In this document: positions 1 to 11,145 of the stretch, piece after piece
How positions within the stretch are numbered: the first letter of the stretch is position 1
Layout of the letters: each line of letters opens with the position of its first letter
Assembly (NCBI GenBank): GCA_035455385.1
Contig: DATIFD010000606.1
Coordinates: 1 to 42,428, forward strand
DNA: 42,428 nt
Reading direction: 5' to 3'
Source of the DNA: Burkholderiaceae bacterium
Lineage (GTDB): Bacteria > Pseudomonadota > Gammaproteobacteria > Burkholderiales > Burkholderiaceae_C
Made by a program: the position numbers and the translations under genes
The notes under the pieces: generated by a model
Database searches by the model: none
The model's input: the letters and a program-made list of their open reading frames with translations, nothing else
Told to the model about the DNA's origin: nothing

Positions 1-378
1 CACGGCTACCGGGCGGTGTCGGCATTCCAGGGCAAGGCCATCGGGTCGGTGACCGACTGGCAGAACCTGAACCTGAACTACACCGAGAAGGCGGTGATCG
101 ACCAGGCCCTGTGCATCCAGTGCGGGCGCTGCCACGTCGCCTGCGAGGACACGTCGCACCAGGCGATCACGTCGATGAAGAACGGCGTCCGCCACTTCGA
201 GGTGGTGGAGGCCGAGTGCGTGGGCTGCAACCTGTGCACCTCGGTGTGCCCGGTGCCCGGCTGCATCACGATGCGGCAGCTGCCGCCCGGGCAGCTCGAC
301 GCTCGCACCGGCGTGCCGGTGAGTGCAGACTATGGCCCCTGGACGACCCACCCGAACAACCCGATGCGGGCGGGCTGA
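1..378 (+). CDS. preA: NAD-dependent dihydropyrimidine dehydrogenase, PreA/PydA-type subunit (3' end only; the start lies upstream of the window)
   Basis: Frame 1 is open from nt 1 (track ORF 16..378). It has two ferredoxin-type 4Fe-4S motifs, CIQCGRCHVACED and CVGCNLCTSVCPV, as in the C-terminus of PreA. Dihydropyrimidinase and carbamoyl-amidohydrolase genes follow directly. Confidence 0.75.
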   Translation, partial: HGYRAVSAFQGKAIGSVTDWQNLNLNYTEKAVIDQALCIQCGRCHVACEDTSHQAITSMKNGVRHFEVVEAECVGCNLCTSVCPVPGCITMRQLPPGQLDARTGVPVSADYGPWTTHPNNPMRAG

Positions 379-1869
<1,491 letters not shown>

Positions 1870-1911
1870 CGACCGTGTGATCCCTTCCCGCTGCGCTCGA
1901 TGGAGTCAACC

Positions 1912-3177
1912 ATGGACACCAAAGTCAAGACGAAGATCGACGAACTGCGCGTCGACGGCAACCGCCTGTGGGGCGCGCTGATGGACCTCGCCAAGATCGG
2001 CGCCACGCCCAAGGGCGGCGTCTGCCGCCTGACGCTGACCGACCTCGACAAGCAGGGGCGCGACCTCGTCACCGGCTGGGCGCGTGCCGCCGGCATGACG
2101 GTGACGATCGACAAGATCGGCAACGGCTTCATGCGCCGGCCGGGGCGCGACAACAGCCTGCCGCCGGTGGTCACCGGCAGCCATATCGACACACAGCCCA
2201 CCGGCGGCAAGTTCGACGGCAACTACGGCGTGCTCGCCGGGCTCGAGGTGGTGCGCACGCTCAACGACCACGGCATCGAGACCGAGGCGCCGATCGAGGT
2301 GGCGTTCTGGACCAACGAAGAAGGCTCGCGGTTCGTGCCGGTGATGATGGGCTCGGGCGTGTTCGCCAAGGCGTTCACGCTCGAGCACGCCTACGCCGCC
2401 AAGGACACCGAGGGCAAGACGGTCAAGGGCGAGCTCGAGCGCATCGGCTACGTCGGCCCGGAGGAGCCGGGCGCGCACCCGATCGGCTGCTATTTCGAGA
2501 CCCACATCGAGCAGGGGCCGGTGCTCGAGGACAACGACAAGACGATCGGCGTGGTCACCGGCGTGCTCGGCATCCGCTGGTACGACTGCGTGGTCACCGG
2601 CATGGAGGCGCATGCCGGGCCGACGCCGATGGCGCTGCGCAAGGATGCGCTGCAGGTGGCGACGCGGCTGATGCAGGAAGTGGTGGCCTGCGCGCACCGC
2701 CACCCGCCGCACGGCCGCGGCACGGTCGGCATGGTGCAGGTGCACCCGAACAGCCGCAACGTGATCCCGGGGCGCGTGAAGTTCTCGATCGACCTGCGCA
2801 ACGCGACCGATGCGCTGTGCGACGCGATGGACGCCGACATCCGCGCCGTGGCCGCCAAGCTGACCGCCGACACCGGGCTGCCGATCACGATCGAGCAGGT
2901 CTCCGCCTACCCGGCGCAGCCGTTCCACGCCGAATGCGTCGACGCCGTCGCGCGCGCCGCGAAGAAGCTGGGCTACTCGAACATGCCGGCGGTGTCCGGT
3001 GCCGGCCACGACGCGGTCTACATGGCGCGCCTGGCGCCCGCGGGCATGATCTTCATTCCCTGCAAGGACGGCATCAGCCACAACGAGATCGAAGACGCCA
3101 AGCCCGAGCACATCACCGCCGGGGCCAACGTGCTGCTGCACGCGATGCTCGAGCGCGCGGGTGTCGCGAAAGGATGA
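1912..3177 (+). CDS. M20-family Zn-dependent N-carbamoyl-amino-acid / beta-ureidopropionase-type amidohydrolase (allantoate amidohydrolase family)
   Basis: Motifs SHIDTQPTGGKFDGNYGVLAGLEV, WTNEEGSRF and GAGHDA are typical of the AmaB/HyuC/AllC family. The ATG at 1912 is preferred over the track start at 1900 because GGAG lies 6 nt upstream. The position after dihydropyrimidinase fits step 3 of the reductive pyrimidine pathway. Confidence 0.85.
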   Translation: MDTKVKTKIDELRVDGNRLWGALMDLAKIGATPKGGVCRLTLTDLDKQGRDLVTGWARAAGMTVTIDKIGNGFMRRPGRDNSLPPVVTGSHIDTQPTGGKFDGNYGVLAGLEVVRTLNDHGIETEAPIEVAFWTNEEGSRFVPVMMGSGVFAKAFTLEHAYAAKDTEGKTVKGELERIGYVGPEEPGAHPIGCYFETHIEQGPVLEDNDKTIGVVTGVLGIRWYDCVVTGMEAHAGPTPMALRKDALQVATRLMQEVVACAHRHPPHGRGTVGMVQVHPNSRNVIPGRVKFSIDLRNATDALCDAMDADIRAVAAKLTADTGLPITIEQVSAYPAQPFHAECVDAVARAAKKLGYSNMPAVSGAGHDAVYMARLAPAGMIFIPCKDGISHNEIEDAKPEHITAGANVLLHAMLERAGVAKG

Positions 3178-4030
3178 GCGCGCCGGGCCGCCCCAAGCGC
3201 GAATGCTCCCGCTCGGCGGGAAGGCGCGCAGCGCCAAGGGTGCGCTATTGAGCCAACCCGCCGTCCAAGCGAAGAACCTCTCGCTCGTCTTCGAGACCCC
3301 CGACGGGCCGGTGACGGCCCTGTCGGCGGTGGACCTCACCATCGAACGCGGCGAATTCGTCTCGTTCATCGGGCCGTCGGGCTGCGGCAAGACCACGCTG
3401 ATGCGCGCGATCGCCGACCTGGAGCGTCCGACTTCGGGCAGCCTCACCGTCAACGGCGTCTCGCCGGGCCAGGCGCGGCTCGACCGCGCCTATGGCTACG
3501 TGTTCCAGGCCGCGGCGCTGTACCCGTGGCGCAACGTGATGCGCAACGTGATGCTGCCGCTCGAGATCATGGGGCTGCCAGCCGAAGAGCGCCACGCGCG
3601 CGCCGCCCAGCAGCTCGAGCTGGTCGGGCTCAAGGGCTTCGAGAAGAAGTTTCCGTGGCAGCTGTCGGGCGGCATGCAGCAGCGCGTGTCGATCGCGCGC
3701 GCGCTGGCGTTCGAGCCGAAGCTGCTGCTGATGGACGAGCCGTTCGGTGCGCTCGACGAGATCACGCGCGACCACCTGAACGACCAGCTGTTGCGCCTGT
3801 GGGAGCGGACCGGCAAGACGGTGGTGTTCGTCACCCACTCGATCTCGGAGGCGGTGTTCCTGTCCAAGCGGATCGTCGTGATGAGCCCGCGGCCGGGCCG
3901 CATCATCGACGTGATCGACAGCCACCTGCCGGCCAACCGCGGGCTCGACGTCCGCGAGACGATGGCGTTCGCCGAGATCGCCCACCGCGTGCGCGCCGCG
4001 CTGCGCTCCGGCCACAGCTATGAGGATTGA
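3161..4030 (+). CDS. ABC transporter ATP-binding protein (NitT/TauT-like importer)
   Basis: Walker A GPSGCGKTT, signature LSGGMQQRV, Walker B LLLMDEPF and H-loop VTHS. The start is uncertain. In-frame alternatives are ATG 3203 and TTG 3248, and the latter gives the usual short N-terminus. Confidence 0.85.
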   Translation: MSRKDERAGPPQARMLPLGGKARSAKGALLSQPAVQAKNLSLVFETPDGPVTALSAVDLTIERGEFVSFIGPSGCGKTTLMRAIADLERPTSGSLTVNGVSPGQARLDRAYGYVFQAAALYPWRNVMRNVMLPLEIMGLPAEERHARAAQQLELVGLKGFEKKFPWQLSGGMQQRVSIARALAFEPKLLLMDEPFGALDEITRDHLNDQLLRLWERTGKTVVFVTHSISEAVFLSKRIVVMSPRPGRIIDVIDSHLPANRGLDVRETMAFAEIAHRVRAALRSGHSYED

Positions 4031-4898
4031 CCTGCGCGCCGTCGGCCCGGTAACCCTGGTCGTGGGCGTGCTGCTGGTGGCCTGGTACGGCGCCGCGGTT
4101 TGGCTCAACGCGCCGCAGGTGATCGAGCGGCTGAACGGCATCGGCAGCCCGTGGGGTGCGCGCGAACTGGTCGGCGCCGCCTGGTCGATGGAGCGGCCGG
4201 TGCTGCCGGCGCCGCACCAGATTGCGATCGACTGGTGGGCGAGCGTGTTCGGCACCGACGTCGACAGCCCGCGCAGCCTGGTGTTCCACGCCGGCGTCAC
4301 GCTGTCGGCCACGCTGCTCGGATTTGCGCTCGGCATGGTGCTGGGCGTGCTGATCGCCATCGGCGTGGTGCACAGCCGCGTGCTCGACCGCGGGCTGCTG
4401 CCGTGGATCATCGCGTCGCAGACCATCCCGATCCTGGCGATCGCGCCGATGGTGGTGGTGGTGCTGGGCAGCCTCGGCTACCCGCCGCTGGTCAGCAAGG
4501 CGGTGATCTCGATGTACCTGTGCTTCTTTCCGGTGGCCATCGGCATGGTCAAGGGCCTGCGCTCGCCCGAGGTGCTGCAGCTCGACCTGATGCGCACCTG
4601 GAGCGCGAGCGCCGCTCAGCGGCTCGTCAAGCTGAGGCTGCCGGCGGCAGTGCCGTTCCTGTTCGCCAGCGCCAAGGTCGCGATCGCCACCAGCCTGATC
4701 GGCGCCATCGTCGGCGAGCTGCCCACCGGTGCGCAGGCCGGACTCGGTGCGCGGCTGCTGTCGGGCTCGTACTTCGGGCAGACGATCCAGATCTGGTCGG
4801 CGCTGCTGATGGCCTCGCTGCTCGGCGTGGCGCTGGTGGCCGTCGTCGGCGGCGTGCAGCGCATCGTCGGCCGCCTGATGGGAGCCGCGGCGGCATGA
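4020..4898 (+). CDS. ABC transporter permease (BPD-type inner-membrane component)
   Basis: 292-aa hydrophobic ORF with multiple predicted TM segments. Its start overlaps the ATPase stop by 11 nt, and its stop overlaps the next permease start (ATGA). Confidence 0.8.
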   Translation: MRIDLRAVGPVTLVVGVLLVAWYGAAVWLNAPQVIERLNGIGSPWGARELVGAAWSMERPVLPAPHQIAIDWWASVFGTDVDSPRSLVFHAGVTLSATLLGFALGMVLGVLIAIGVVHSRVLDRGLLPWIIASQTIPILAIAPMVVVVLGSLGYPPLVSKAVISMYLCFFPVAIGMVKGLRSPEVLQLDLMRTWSASAAQRLVKLRLPAAVPFLFASAKVAIATSLIGAIVGELPTGAQAGLGARLLSGSYFGQTIQIWSALLMASLLGVALVAVVGGVQRIVGRLMGAAAA

Positions 4899-5836
4899 TG
4901 CGGCGCCACTTGACCACCGCGTTGGGCCTGCTGCTGCTGGTCGCGCTGGCGGCCGGCCTGCTCGGCCGCGTGCAGGGCGACCAGCCGCATGGCACCGACG
5001 CGGCCGGCGTCTGGATCGCGCTGGCCGGCTGGGTGGTGCTGTTGTGGTTCGTGCTCGGCCGCCTGGCGCAGCTGCAGGGCCGCATGCTGAGCCTGCTGGC
5101 GCCGGCGGCTTTCGGGCTGGCGATGCTGTACCTGTGGGAGATCCTGGTCGTCGGCTGGGAGGTGCCGCGCGTGCTGCTGCCGGCGCCGCGGGCGGTGGGC
5201 GAGGCCCTGTCGGCGCGCTGGAACGTGCTGTGGCCCGACTTCAAGCAGACCGCGATCTCGGTGCTGGCCGGCTATTGCACCGGCTGCGGCGCGGGCTTCG
5301 GCGTCGCGCTGCTGGCCGACCGCTACCGGCTGATCCAGCGCGGCCTGCTGCCGCTGGCCGGCCTGGCCGGCGCGGTGCCGATCGTCGGCATCGCGCCGAT
5401 CATGGTGATGTGGTTCGGCTTCGACTGGGAGAGCAAGGCCGCGGTGGCGGCGATCGTCACCTTCTTCCCGATGCTGGTGAACACGCTCGCCGGCCTGTCC
5501 TCGGTCGATGCGATGCACCGCGACCTGATGCGCACCTACGGTGCCGGCCACGCCGCCACGCTGTTGAAGCTGCGGCTGCCCAGCGCGCTGCCGTTCGTGT
5601 TCAACGCGCTGAAGATCAACTCGACGCTGGCGCTGATCTCGGCCATCGTGGCCGAGTTCTTCGGTTCGCCGATCTACGGCCTGGGCTTTCGCATCAGCGC
5701 CGAGGTGGCGCGCATGAACGTCGACGTGGTCTGGGCCGCGATCGCGCTCGCGGCGCTGGCCGGCTCCCTGTTCTACGGGTTGATTGCCCTAGTGGAACGC
5801 GTGATGACTTTCTGGCACGCTAGTTATCGGGCCTGA
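4895..5836 (+). CDS. ABC transporter permease (second membrane component)
   Basis: This is the hydrophobic part of track ORF 4100..5836, starting at MMRRHLTTALGLLLLV. The ATG at 4895 is in frame and overlaps the upstream TGA (ATGA). The first 265 codons of the track ORF are an out-of-frame shadow of permease 1. Confidence 0.8.
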   Translation: MMRRHLTTALGLLLLVALAAGLLGRVQGDQPHGTDAAGVWIALAGWVVLLWFVLGRLAQLQGRMLSLLAPAAFGLAMLYLWEILVVGWEVPRVLLPAPRAVGEALSARWNVLWPDFKQTAISVLAGYCTGCGAGFGVALLADRYRLIQRGLLPLAGLAGAVPIVGIAPIMVMWFGFDWESKAAVAAIVTFFPMLVNTLAGLSSVDAMHRDLMRTYGAGHAATLLKLRLPSALPFVFNALKINSTLALISAIVAEFFGSPIYGLGFRISAEVARMNVDVVWAAIALAALAGSLFYGLIALVERVMTFWHASYRA

Positions 5837-5877
5837 CCAACCCATTCTCACCCGCCCAACCCCCGAGGAGGAGCTCC

Positions 5878-6873
5878 ATGACGATCAAGAAGATGGCCAG
5901 ACTGCTGCCGTTGCTGGCAATGGCGCTGGCCGCCGGCGCGCACGCGCAAGACAAGCTGACGCTGCAGTTGAAGTGGGTCACGCAGGCCCAGTTCGCCGGC
6001 TACTACGTGGCCAAGGACAAGGGCTACTACAAGGACGTCGGTCTCGACGTGACCATCAAGGCCGGCGGCCCCGACATCAACCCCAGCCAGGTGATCGCCG
6101 GCGGCGGCGCCGACGTGGTGGTCGACTGGATGCCGTCTGCCCTGGCCACCCGCGAGAAGGGCGTGCCGCTGGTCAACATCGCGCAGGTGTTCCAGCGCTC
6201 GGGCATGCAGCTCACCTGCCGCAACGACAGCGGCATCAAGAGCCCCGCCGACTTCAAGGGCAAGACGCTCGGCGTCTGGTTCAGCGGCAATGAGTACCCG
6301 TTCCTCAGCTGGATGGACAAGCTCGGGCTCAAGACCACCGGCGGCGCCGACGGCGTCAAGGTGCTCAAGCAGGGCTTCAACGTCGACCCGCTGCTGCAGA
6401 AGCAGGCCGACTGCATCAGCACGATGACCTACAACGAGTACTGGCAGCTGATCGACGCCGGCATGAAGCCCGAGCAGCTGACGGTCTTCAAGTACGAGGA
6501 CCAGGGCGTCGCGACGCTCGAGGACGGCCTGTACACGCTGGAGAAGAACCTCTCCGATCCGAAGATGTCCGAGAAGCTCGCCCGCTTCGTCAAGGCCAGC
6601 ATGAAGGGCTGGGACGACGCGGTGAAGAACCAGGCCGACGCGGTGAAGATCGTGCTGAAGAACGACGCCTCCGGTGCGCAGACCGCGAAGCACCAGACGC
6701 GCATGATGGGCGAGATCGCCAAGCTCGTCGGCACCGGCAAGACCGGCCAGCTCGACATGAAGGCGTACCAGCGCACCGTCGACACGCTGATGAAGGGCAA
6801 GAGCGACCCGGTGATCACCAAGATGCCGAGCGGCGCCACCACCGACAAGATCTGGCTGGCGGCACAGAAGTAG
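5878..6873 (+). CDS. ABC transporter periplasmic substrate-binding protein (NMT1/THI5-like, NitT/TauT family)
   Basis: The signal peptide MTIKKMARLLPLLAMALAAGAHA is followed by QDKLTLQLKWVTQAQFAGYYVAKDKGYY, which is typical of NMT1-like binding proteins. There is a strong RBS (GAGGAGGAG) upstream. Confidence 0.85.
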   Translation: MTIKKMARLLPLLAMALAAGAHAQDKLTLQLKWVTQAQFAGYYVAKDKGYYKDVGLDVTIKAGGPDINPSQVIAGGGADVVVDWMPSALATREKGVPLVNIAQVFQRSGMQLTCRNDSGIKSPADFKGKTLGVWFSGNEYPFLSWMDKLGLKTTGGADGVKVLKQGFNVDPLLQKQADCISTMTYNEYWQLIDAGMKPEQLTVFKYEDQGVATLEDGLYTLEKNLSDPKMSEKLARFVKASMKGWDDAVKNQADAVKIVLKNDASGAQTAKHQTRMMGEIAKLVGTGKTGQLDMKAYQRTVDTLMKGKSDPVITKMPSGATTDKIWLAAQK

Positions 6874-6905
6874 CCCTCGGGTGCGGCGCGTGGTGCGCCA
6901 CAACG

Positions 6906-8117
6906 ATGCCCGGAAGCGAATCCACTGCCACCCTCGGCGCGGCGCAGATCTTCAGCGGACTGACGACCCTCGAAGCCGAGGTGCTCGACCAGGCAGACCG
7001 CTTTGCGCGCGCCGAGCTGTATCCGCTTGCCAAGCGCATGGACGACGAGGAGTGGTGGCCGCCCGACGCCTTTCGCCTGATCGGTGCCAACGGCTATTTC
7101 GGCGTCACGGCACCGCCCGCGCTCGGCGGCGCCGGGGCCGACCTGTTCACGAGCGGACTCGTCCTGCAGGCGGTCGCGCGCTGGAACCACGCGCTGGCGT
7201 TGAGCTGGGTCGCGCACGAGAACCTGTGCCTGCACAACATCCTGCGCAACGCGACGCCGTCGCAACTCGAGCAGTACGCGCCGCCGCTGTGCAGCGGCAA
7301 GGCGGTCGGCGCGCTCGGGCTGACCGAACCCGGCGCGGGTTCCGATGCGCTCGGGTCGATGCGCACGACGGCCACGCGCGACGGTGACTGCTACCGGCTC
7401 AACGGCACCAAGCTGTACATCACCAACGGGCCGGTGGCCGATGTGCTGCTGGTGTACGCGAAGACCGATCCGCAGCGCGGCTCGCAGGGCATCTCGGCTT
7501 TCATCGTCGAGCGCTCGTTCCCCGGCTTCCGGGTCGCGCAGAAGCTGTCGAAGATGGGCTTTCGCGGCAGCCCGACCGGTGAGCTGGTGTTCGACGACTG
7601 CCGCGTGCCGGTGGCCAACCGGCTCGGCGAAGAGAACGAGGGCGTCAAGGTCGTGATGAGCGGCCTGGACCTCGAGCGTGCGATGGTCGCACCGTTGTGC
7701 CTGGGCATCGCCGAACGGGCGCTGCAGCTGTCGATCGACTACGCGCGCACGCGCGAGCAGTTCAAGAGGCCGATCGCGAGCTTCCAGATGATCCAGGACA
7801 AGCTGGCCACGATGTACGTCTGGGTCGAGTCGATGCGCGTGTTCACCTATCAGGCGTTGCGCGCGGCCAGCGCGATCGCCGAACGGGGCGAGGCCGGGCG
7901 CGGCGAGATCCACAAGATCACGGCGGCGTCGGTGATGCATGCCGCGCAGACGATGAATCGGGTGCTCGACGAGGCCGTGCAGATCCACGGCGGCGCCGGG
8001 TACATCTGGGAGTCCGAGGTCAACCGGCTGTACCGCTCGATCAAGCTGCTGGAGATCGGCGCTGGCACCACCGAGGTCCGCAAGGTGATCATCGCCGGCG
8101 AATTGCTGAAGCACTGA
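6906..8117 (+). CDS. acyl-CoA dehydrogenase (isovaleryl-CoA dehydrogenase-like)
   Basis: 403 aa. Motifs GALGLTEPGAGSD, YITNG and the C-terminal QIHGGAGYIWESEVNRLYRSIKLLEIGAGTTEV are characteristic of ACADs. Confidence 0.85.
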   Translation: MPGSESTATLGAAQIFSGLTTLEAEVLDQADRFARAELYPLAKRMDDEEWWPPDAFRLIGANGYFGVTAPPALGGAGADLFTSGLVLQAVARWNHALALSWVAHENLCLHNILRNATPSQLEQYAPPLCSGKAVGALGLTEPGAGSDALGSMRTTATRDGDCYRLNGTKLYITNGPVADVLLVYAKTDPQRGSQGISAFIVERSFPGFRVAQKLSKMGFRGSPTGELVFDDCRVPVANRLGEENEGVKVVMSGLDLERAMVAPLCLGIAERALQLSIDYARTREQFKRPIASFQMIQDKLATMYVWVESMRVFTYQALRAASAIAERGEAGRGEIHKITAASVMHAAQTMNRVLDEAVQIHGGAGYIWESEVNRLYRSIKLLEIGAGTTEVRKVIIAGELLKH

Positions 8118-8155
8118 CCCGGCGCCCCGGCCCTGCTGGCGCGAGCGAGGATCCC

Positions 8156-9076
8156 ATGCCGCACGAGACGACGCCACCCTCTTCCAGCGAACGCTACCGC
8201 TCCGTCTTCCGGCCGGGCCTGTTCGACGGCAAGACCGTCGTCGTGACGGGTGCCGGCAGCGGACTGGGGCGTTGCACCGCGCACGAACTCGCCAGCCTCG
8301 GCGCAGGGTTGGCCCTGGTGGGCCGCACGATCGAGAAGCTGCACACCGTGGCGGGCGAGATCGCCGCCGCCTATCCCGAGACCTCGCAGCGCCTCAGCGT
8401 GCACCGCTGCGACGTGCGGCAGGAGGACGCGGTGGCGGAGACGGTGCGGTCGATCCTGGCCCGACACGGCGCCATCGACGGCCTGTTCAACTGCGCCGGC
8501 GGGCAGTACCCGGCGCCGCTGCGGGACATCACGCTCAAGGGGTGGGATGCCGTCGTGCGCAACAACCTGCACGGCACGTTCCTGTTCTCCCGCGAGTGCT
8601 ACCTGCAGCAGATGGAGCGCCGCGGCGGCAGCATCGTGAACATGCTGGCCGACATCTGGGGTGGCATGCCCGGCATGGGGCACTCCGGAGCCGCGCGCGG
8701 GGGCGTGCTCAACTTCACCGAGACGGCCGCCTGCGAGTGGGGCCATGCCGGCGTTCGCGTCAACGCGGTCGCCCCCGGGTGGATCGCATCGTCGGGCATG
8801 GACACCTACGACGACGAATACCAGGCGTTGCTGCGCAGCCTGCAGACCCAGGTGCCCTTGCAGCGATTCGGCACCGAGTCGGAGCTGGCCTCGGCGGTGG
8901 TGTATCTGCTGTCGCCCGCTGCGGGTTTCATCAATGGCAGCGTCATTCGCGTGGACGGCGGCGTGCCCAATGCGCGACCCACCTGGAAGCTGCAGGCCGC
9001 TCGCAACCGCTTCCCTTACAACGGCTTCCCGCTGTACACGCCGCCGCGCGCGCTCTCTGCGGACAAGAAGCGCTAG
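8156..9076 (+). CDS. SDR-family oxidoreductase, trans-2-enoyl-CoA / dienoyl-CoA reductase (PECR-like)
   Basis: Rossmann motif VVVTGAGSGLGR. HSGAARGGV replaces the classical YxxxK, which matches my recollection of peroxisomal trans-2-enoyl-CoA reductase. The ATG at 8156 is in frame with track ORF 7697..9076, and the upstream part of that ORF overlaps the ACAD gene. Confidence 0.8.
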   Translation: MPHETTPPSSSERYRSVFRPGLFDGKTVVVTGAGSGLGRCTAHELASLGAGLALVGRTIEKLHTVAGEIAAAYPETSQRLSVHRCDVRQEDAVAETVRSILARHGAIDGLFNCAGGQYPAPLRDITLKGWDAVVRNNLHGTFLFSRECYLQQMERRGGSIVNMLADIWGGMPGMGHSGAARGGVLNFTETAACEWGHAGVRVNAVAPGWIASSGMDTYDDEYQALLRSLQTQVPLQRFGTESELASAVVYLLSPAAGFINGSVIRVDGGVPNARPTWKLQAARNRFPYNGFPLYTPPRALSADKKR

Positions 9077-9197
9077 CGGCAGCCCCACGAGCGACGCCGC
9101 GTTCGGGCGCCCGTCGATCGACCCGTCCGGGTCGCCGCCCTTCAGCGCGGCCACCTCTTTCGATATGCTTGCGCACCGAGTTGCCCGTGGACCCGTC

Positions 9198-9776
9198 ATG
9201 CCAAACCGTCCCTACCTGCTTCGAACCGCTCTCGCCCGGGTGCTCGGCTGGCTCGCGCTGGCAGCGTGCGCGATGGCTGCGAACGCCCAGGCGCAATCGC
9301 CGATCCGCAGCATCGACGTGACGCGCGACGGCGATGCCTACGTGGTCAAGGCCCAGATGTTCGCGCCCGTGGCGCAGGAGATCGCCTGGGACGTGCTGAC
9401 CGACTTTCCGCACATGGCGCAGTGGGTCCCGAACGTGCGCGAGAGCACGGTCGTGAAGCCGGGCGACCGGCAGTTCACGATCGAGCAGAAAGGCACGGCG
9501 AAGTTCGCCGGGTTGAGCTTCTCGTACACCAGCCTGCGCAAGATCGTGCTGAACCCGCAGACGACGATCGATTCCACGCAGATCGAGGGCAGCATGAAGA
9601 AGCAGCATTCACTGATGACGGTCAGCGCGGCCGAAGGCGGCACGCGGATGGTGTACCAGCTCGAGGTCGTGCCGAGCATGTTGGCTTCCGTCGTGATGTC
9701 GGAAGACTTCCTCAAGCACGAGATCGAGGAGCAGTTCACCGCGATCATCGGTGAGATGATCAAGCGCAAGAAGTAG
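9198..9776 (+). CDS. secreted/lipoprotein SRPBCC (polyketide cyclase/dehydrase-like) family protein
   Basis: 192 aa from ATG 9198. The signal peptide has a possible lipobox (LAAC). WDVLTDFPHMAQWVPNV resembles START/SRPBCC-fold proteins. The function is unknown. Confidence 0.6.
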   Translation: MPNRPYLLRTALARVLGWLALAACAMAANAQAQSPIRSIDVTRDGDAYVVKAQMFAPVAQEIAWDVLTDFPHMAQWVPNVRESTVVKPGDRQFTIEQKGTAKFAGLSFSYTSLRKIVLNPQTTIDSTQIEGSMKKQHSLMTVSAAEGGTRMVYQLEVVPSMLASVVMSEDFLKHEIEEQFTAIIGEMIKRKK

Positions 9777-10059
9777 GCGCGGCGACGCGCCCGGACGACC
9801 GGGCGAAAGGCGCCGGGGTTGGCGGGCGGTCAGCGGCTCCCGCCAGGCAGGTGTGTTGGTACGAACATGGCCGCCCGCAGTCGCACCGTCGACCCTTCGG
9901 CCCCATCAGCCCGGCGGCTGGCAACGCGTCCCCCGTCCTGCCAGGGGCACCGCCCACGACCGGGCCCGGGGCCGGGATTGTGCGGTACGCGGACGCCGCG
10001 GCGGGACGCAGAATGCCCGTATCCCTCGTACTCCCTTCCTGTCCGACTAGGAGCCTCAC

Positions 10060-11061
10060 ATGGATCGTCGCACCGTCCTGTCCGTCGCAGGTGCCATGGC
10101 GCTGAGCCAGACCACCAACAGCTTTGCGCAGCAACCGATCGTCATCAAGTTCAGCCACGTCGTCACCAACGACACGCCGAAGGGCAAGGGTGCACTTCGC
10201 TTCAAGGAGCTGGCCGAGAAGTACACCAACGGCCGCGTGAAGGTCGAGGTCTATCCGAACTCCACGCTGTACAAGGACAAGGAGGAGATGGACGCGCTGA
10301 ATTCGGGTGCGGTGCAGATTCTCGCGCCGTCGACCGCCAAGTTCCGCCCGATCGGCGTGCCGGAGTTCGAGGCGCTCGACCTGCCCTGGGTGTTCACCGA
10401 CGACGCGCAGTTCAGCAAGGTCGTCAAGGGGCCGGTCGGCAAGGGCCTGCTCAAGAGACTCGAAGCCAAGAACATCACCGGCCTCGGCTTCTGGGACAAC
10501 GGCTTCCACATGGTCTCGGCCAACGTGCCGCTGCTGATGCCGGCGGACTTCCAGGGCCTGAAGATCCGCATCTCGGGGTCCAAGATCGCCGACCGCTATC
10601 TCCGCCTGCTCGGTGCGCTGCCTCAGATCATGGCCTTCTCGGAGGTCTACCAGGCGCTGCAGACCGGCGTCGTCGACGGCTGCGAGAACACGCCGTCGAA
10701 CTACTACACGCAGAAGTTCTACGAGGTGCAGAAGCACATCACCGTGTCGAGCCACGCGCACCTGCAGTACGCGGTGATCACCAACACCAAGTTCTGGAAC
10801 GGGTTGCCGGCTGACGTTCGCGGCCAGCTCGAGAAGGCGATGAACGAGGCGACGGACTACACGAACTCGATCGCGCTCGACGAGAACAAGGACGCGCTGG
10901 AAAAGATCAAGGCATCGGGCAGGACCACTCTGCACTACCTGACGCCCGACCAGCGCAAGGCGTGGGTGCAGAAGCTCAAGCCCATCTACGCCGAGGCCGA
11001 GGAGAAGATCGGCAAGGAGATCGTGCAGCAGCTGATGCACGAGGCGGGGCTGTCGATTTGA
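10060..11061 (+). CDS. dctP: TRAP transporter substrate-binding protein (DctP family)
   Basis: 333 aa with a signal peptide. The DctP-like sequence includes IKFSHVVTNDTPKG and FWDNGF. AGGAG lies 6 nt upstream of the ATG. Confidence 0.9.
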   Translation: MDRRTVLSVAGAMALSQTTNSFAQQPIVIKFSHVVTNDTPKGKGALRFKELAEKYTNGRVKVEVYPNSTLYKDKEEMDALNSGAVQILAPSTAKFRPIGVPEFEALDLPWVFTDDAQFSKVVKGPVGKGLLKRLEAKNITGLGFWDNGFHMVSANVPLLMPADFQGLKIRISGSKIADRYLRLLGALPQIMAFSEVYQALQTGVVDGCENTPSNYYTQKFYEVQKHITVSSHAHLQYAVITNTKFWNGLPADVRGQLEKAMNEATDYTNSIALDENKDALEKIKASGRTTLHYLTPDQRKAWVQKLKPIYAEAEEKIGKEIVQQLMHEAGLSI

Positions 11062-11080
11062 GCGCGGCCTGACGCGACGA

Positions 11081-11116
11081 CGACGGCGGCCGTCCACCGG
11101 CCGCCGTCGCTTTGTC
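11081..11116 (+). terminator. stem-loop between dctP and dctQM (intra-operon attenuator / partial intrinsic terminator)
   Basis: Perfect 12-bp GC-rich stem, CGACGGCGGCCG (11081-11092) with CGGCCGCCGTCG (11098-11109), and a 5-nt loop. It is followed by CTTTGTC. It lies 20 nt after the dctP stop and 30 nt before the dctQM start. Confidence 0.5.
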
Positions 11117-11145
11117 GGCTGCCGACGCGTGGCAGGAGGGGGATC

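Noticed and set aside
9918-9944. An inverted repeat CTGGCA-N15-TGCCAG lies about 115 nt upstream of dctP and could be an operator or a sigma-54-like TGGCA element.
   Set aside because: The arms are only 6 bp in a 283-nt GC-rich spacer, so chance occurrence is plausible. The downstream spacing and sequence do not fit TGGCAC-N5-TTGC.
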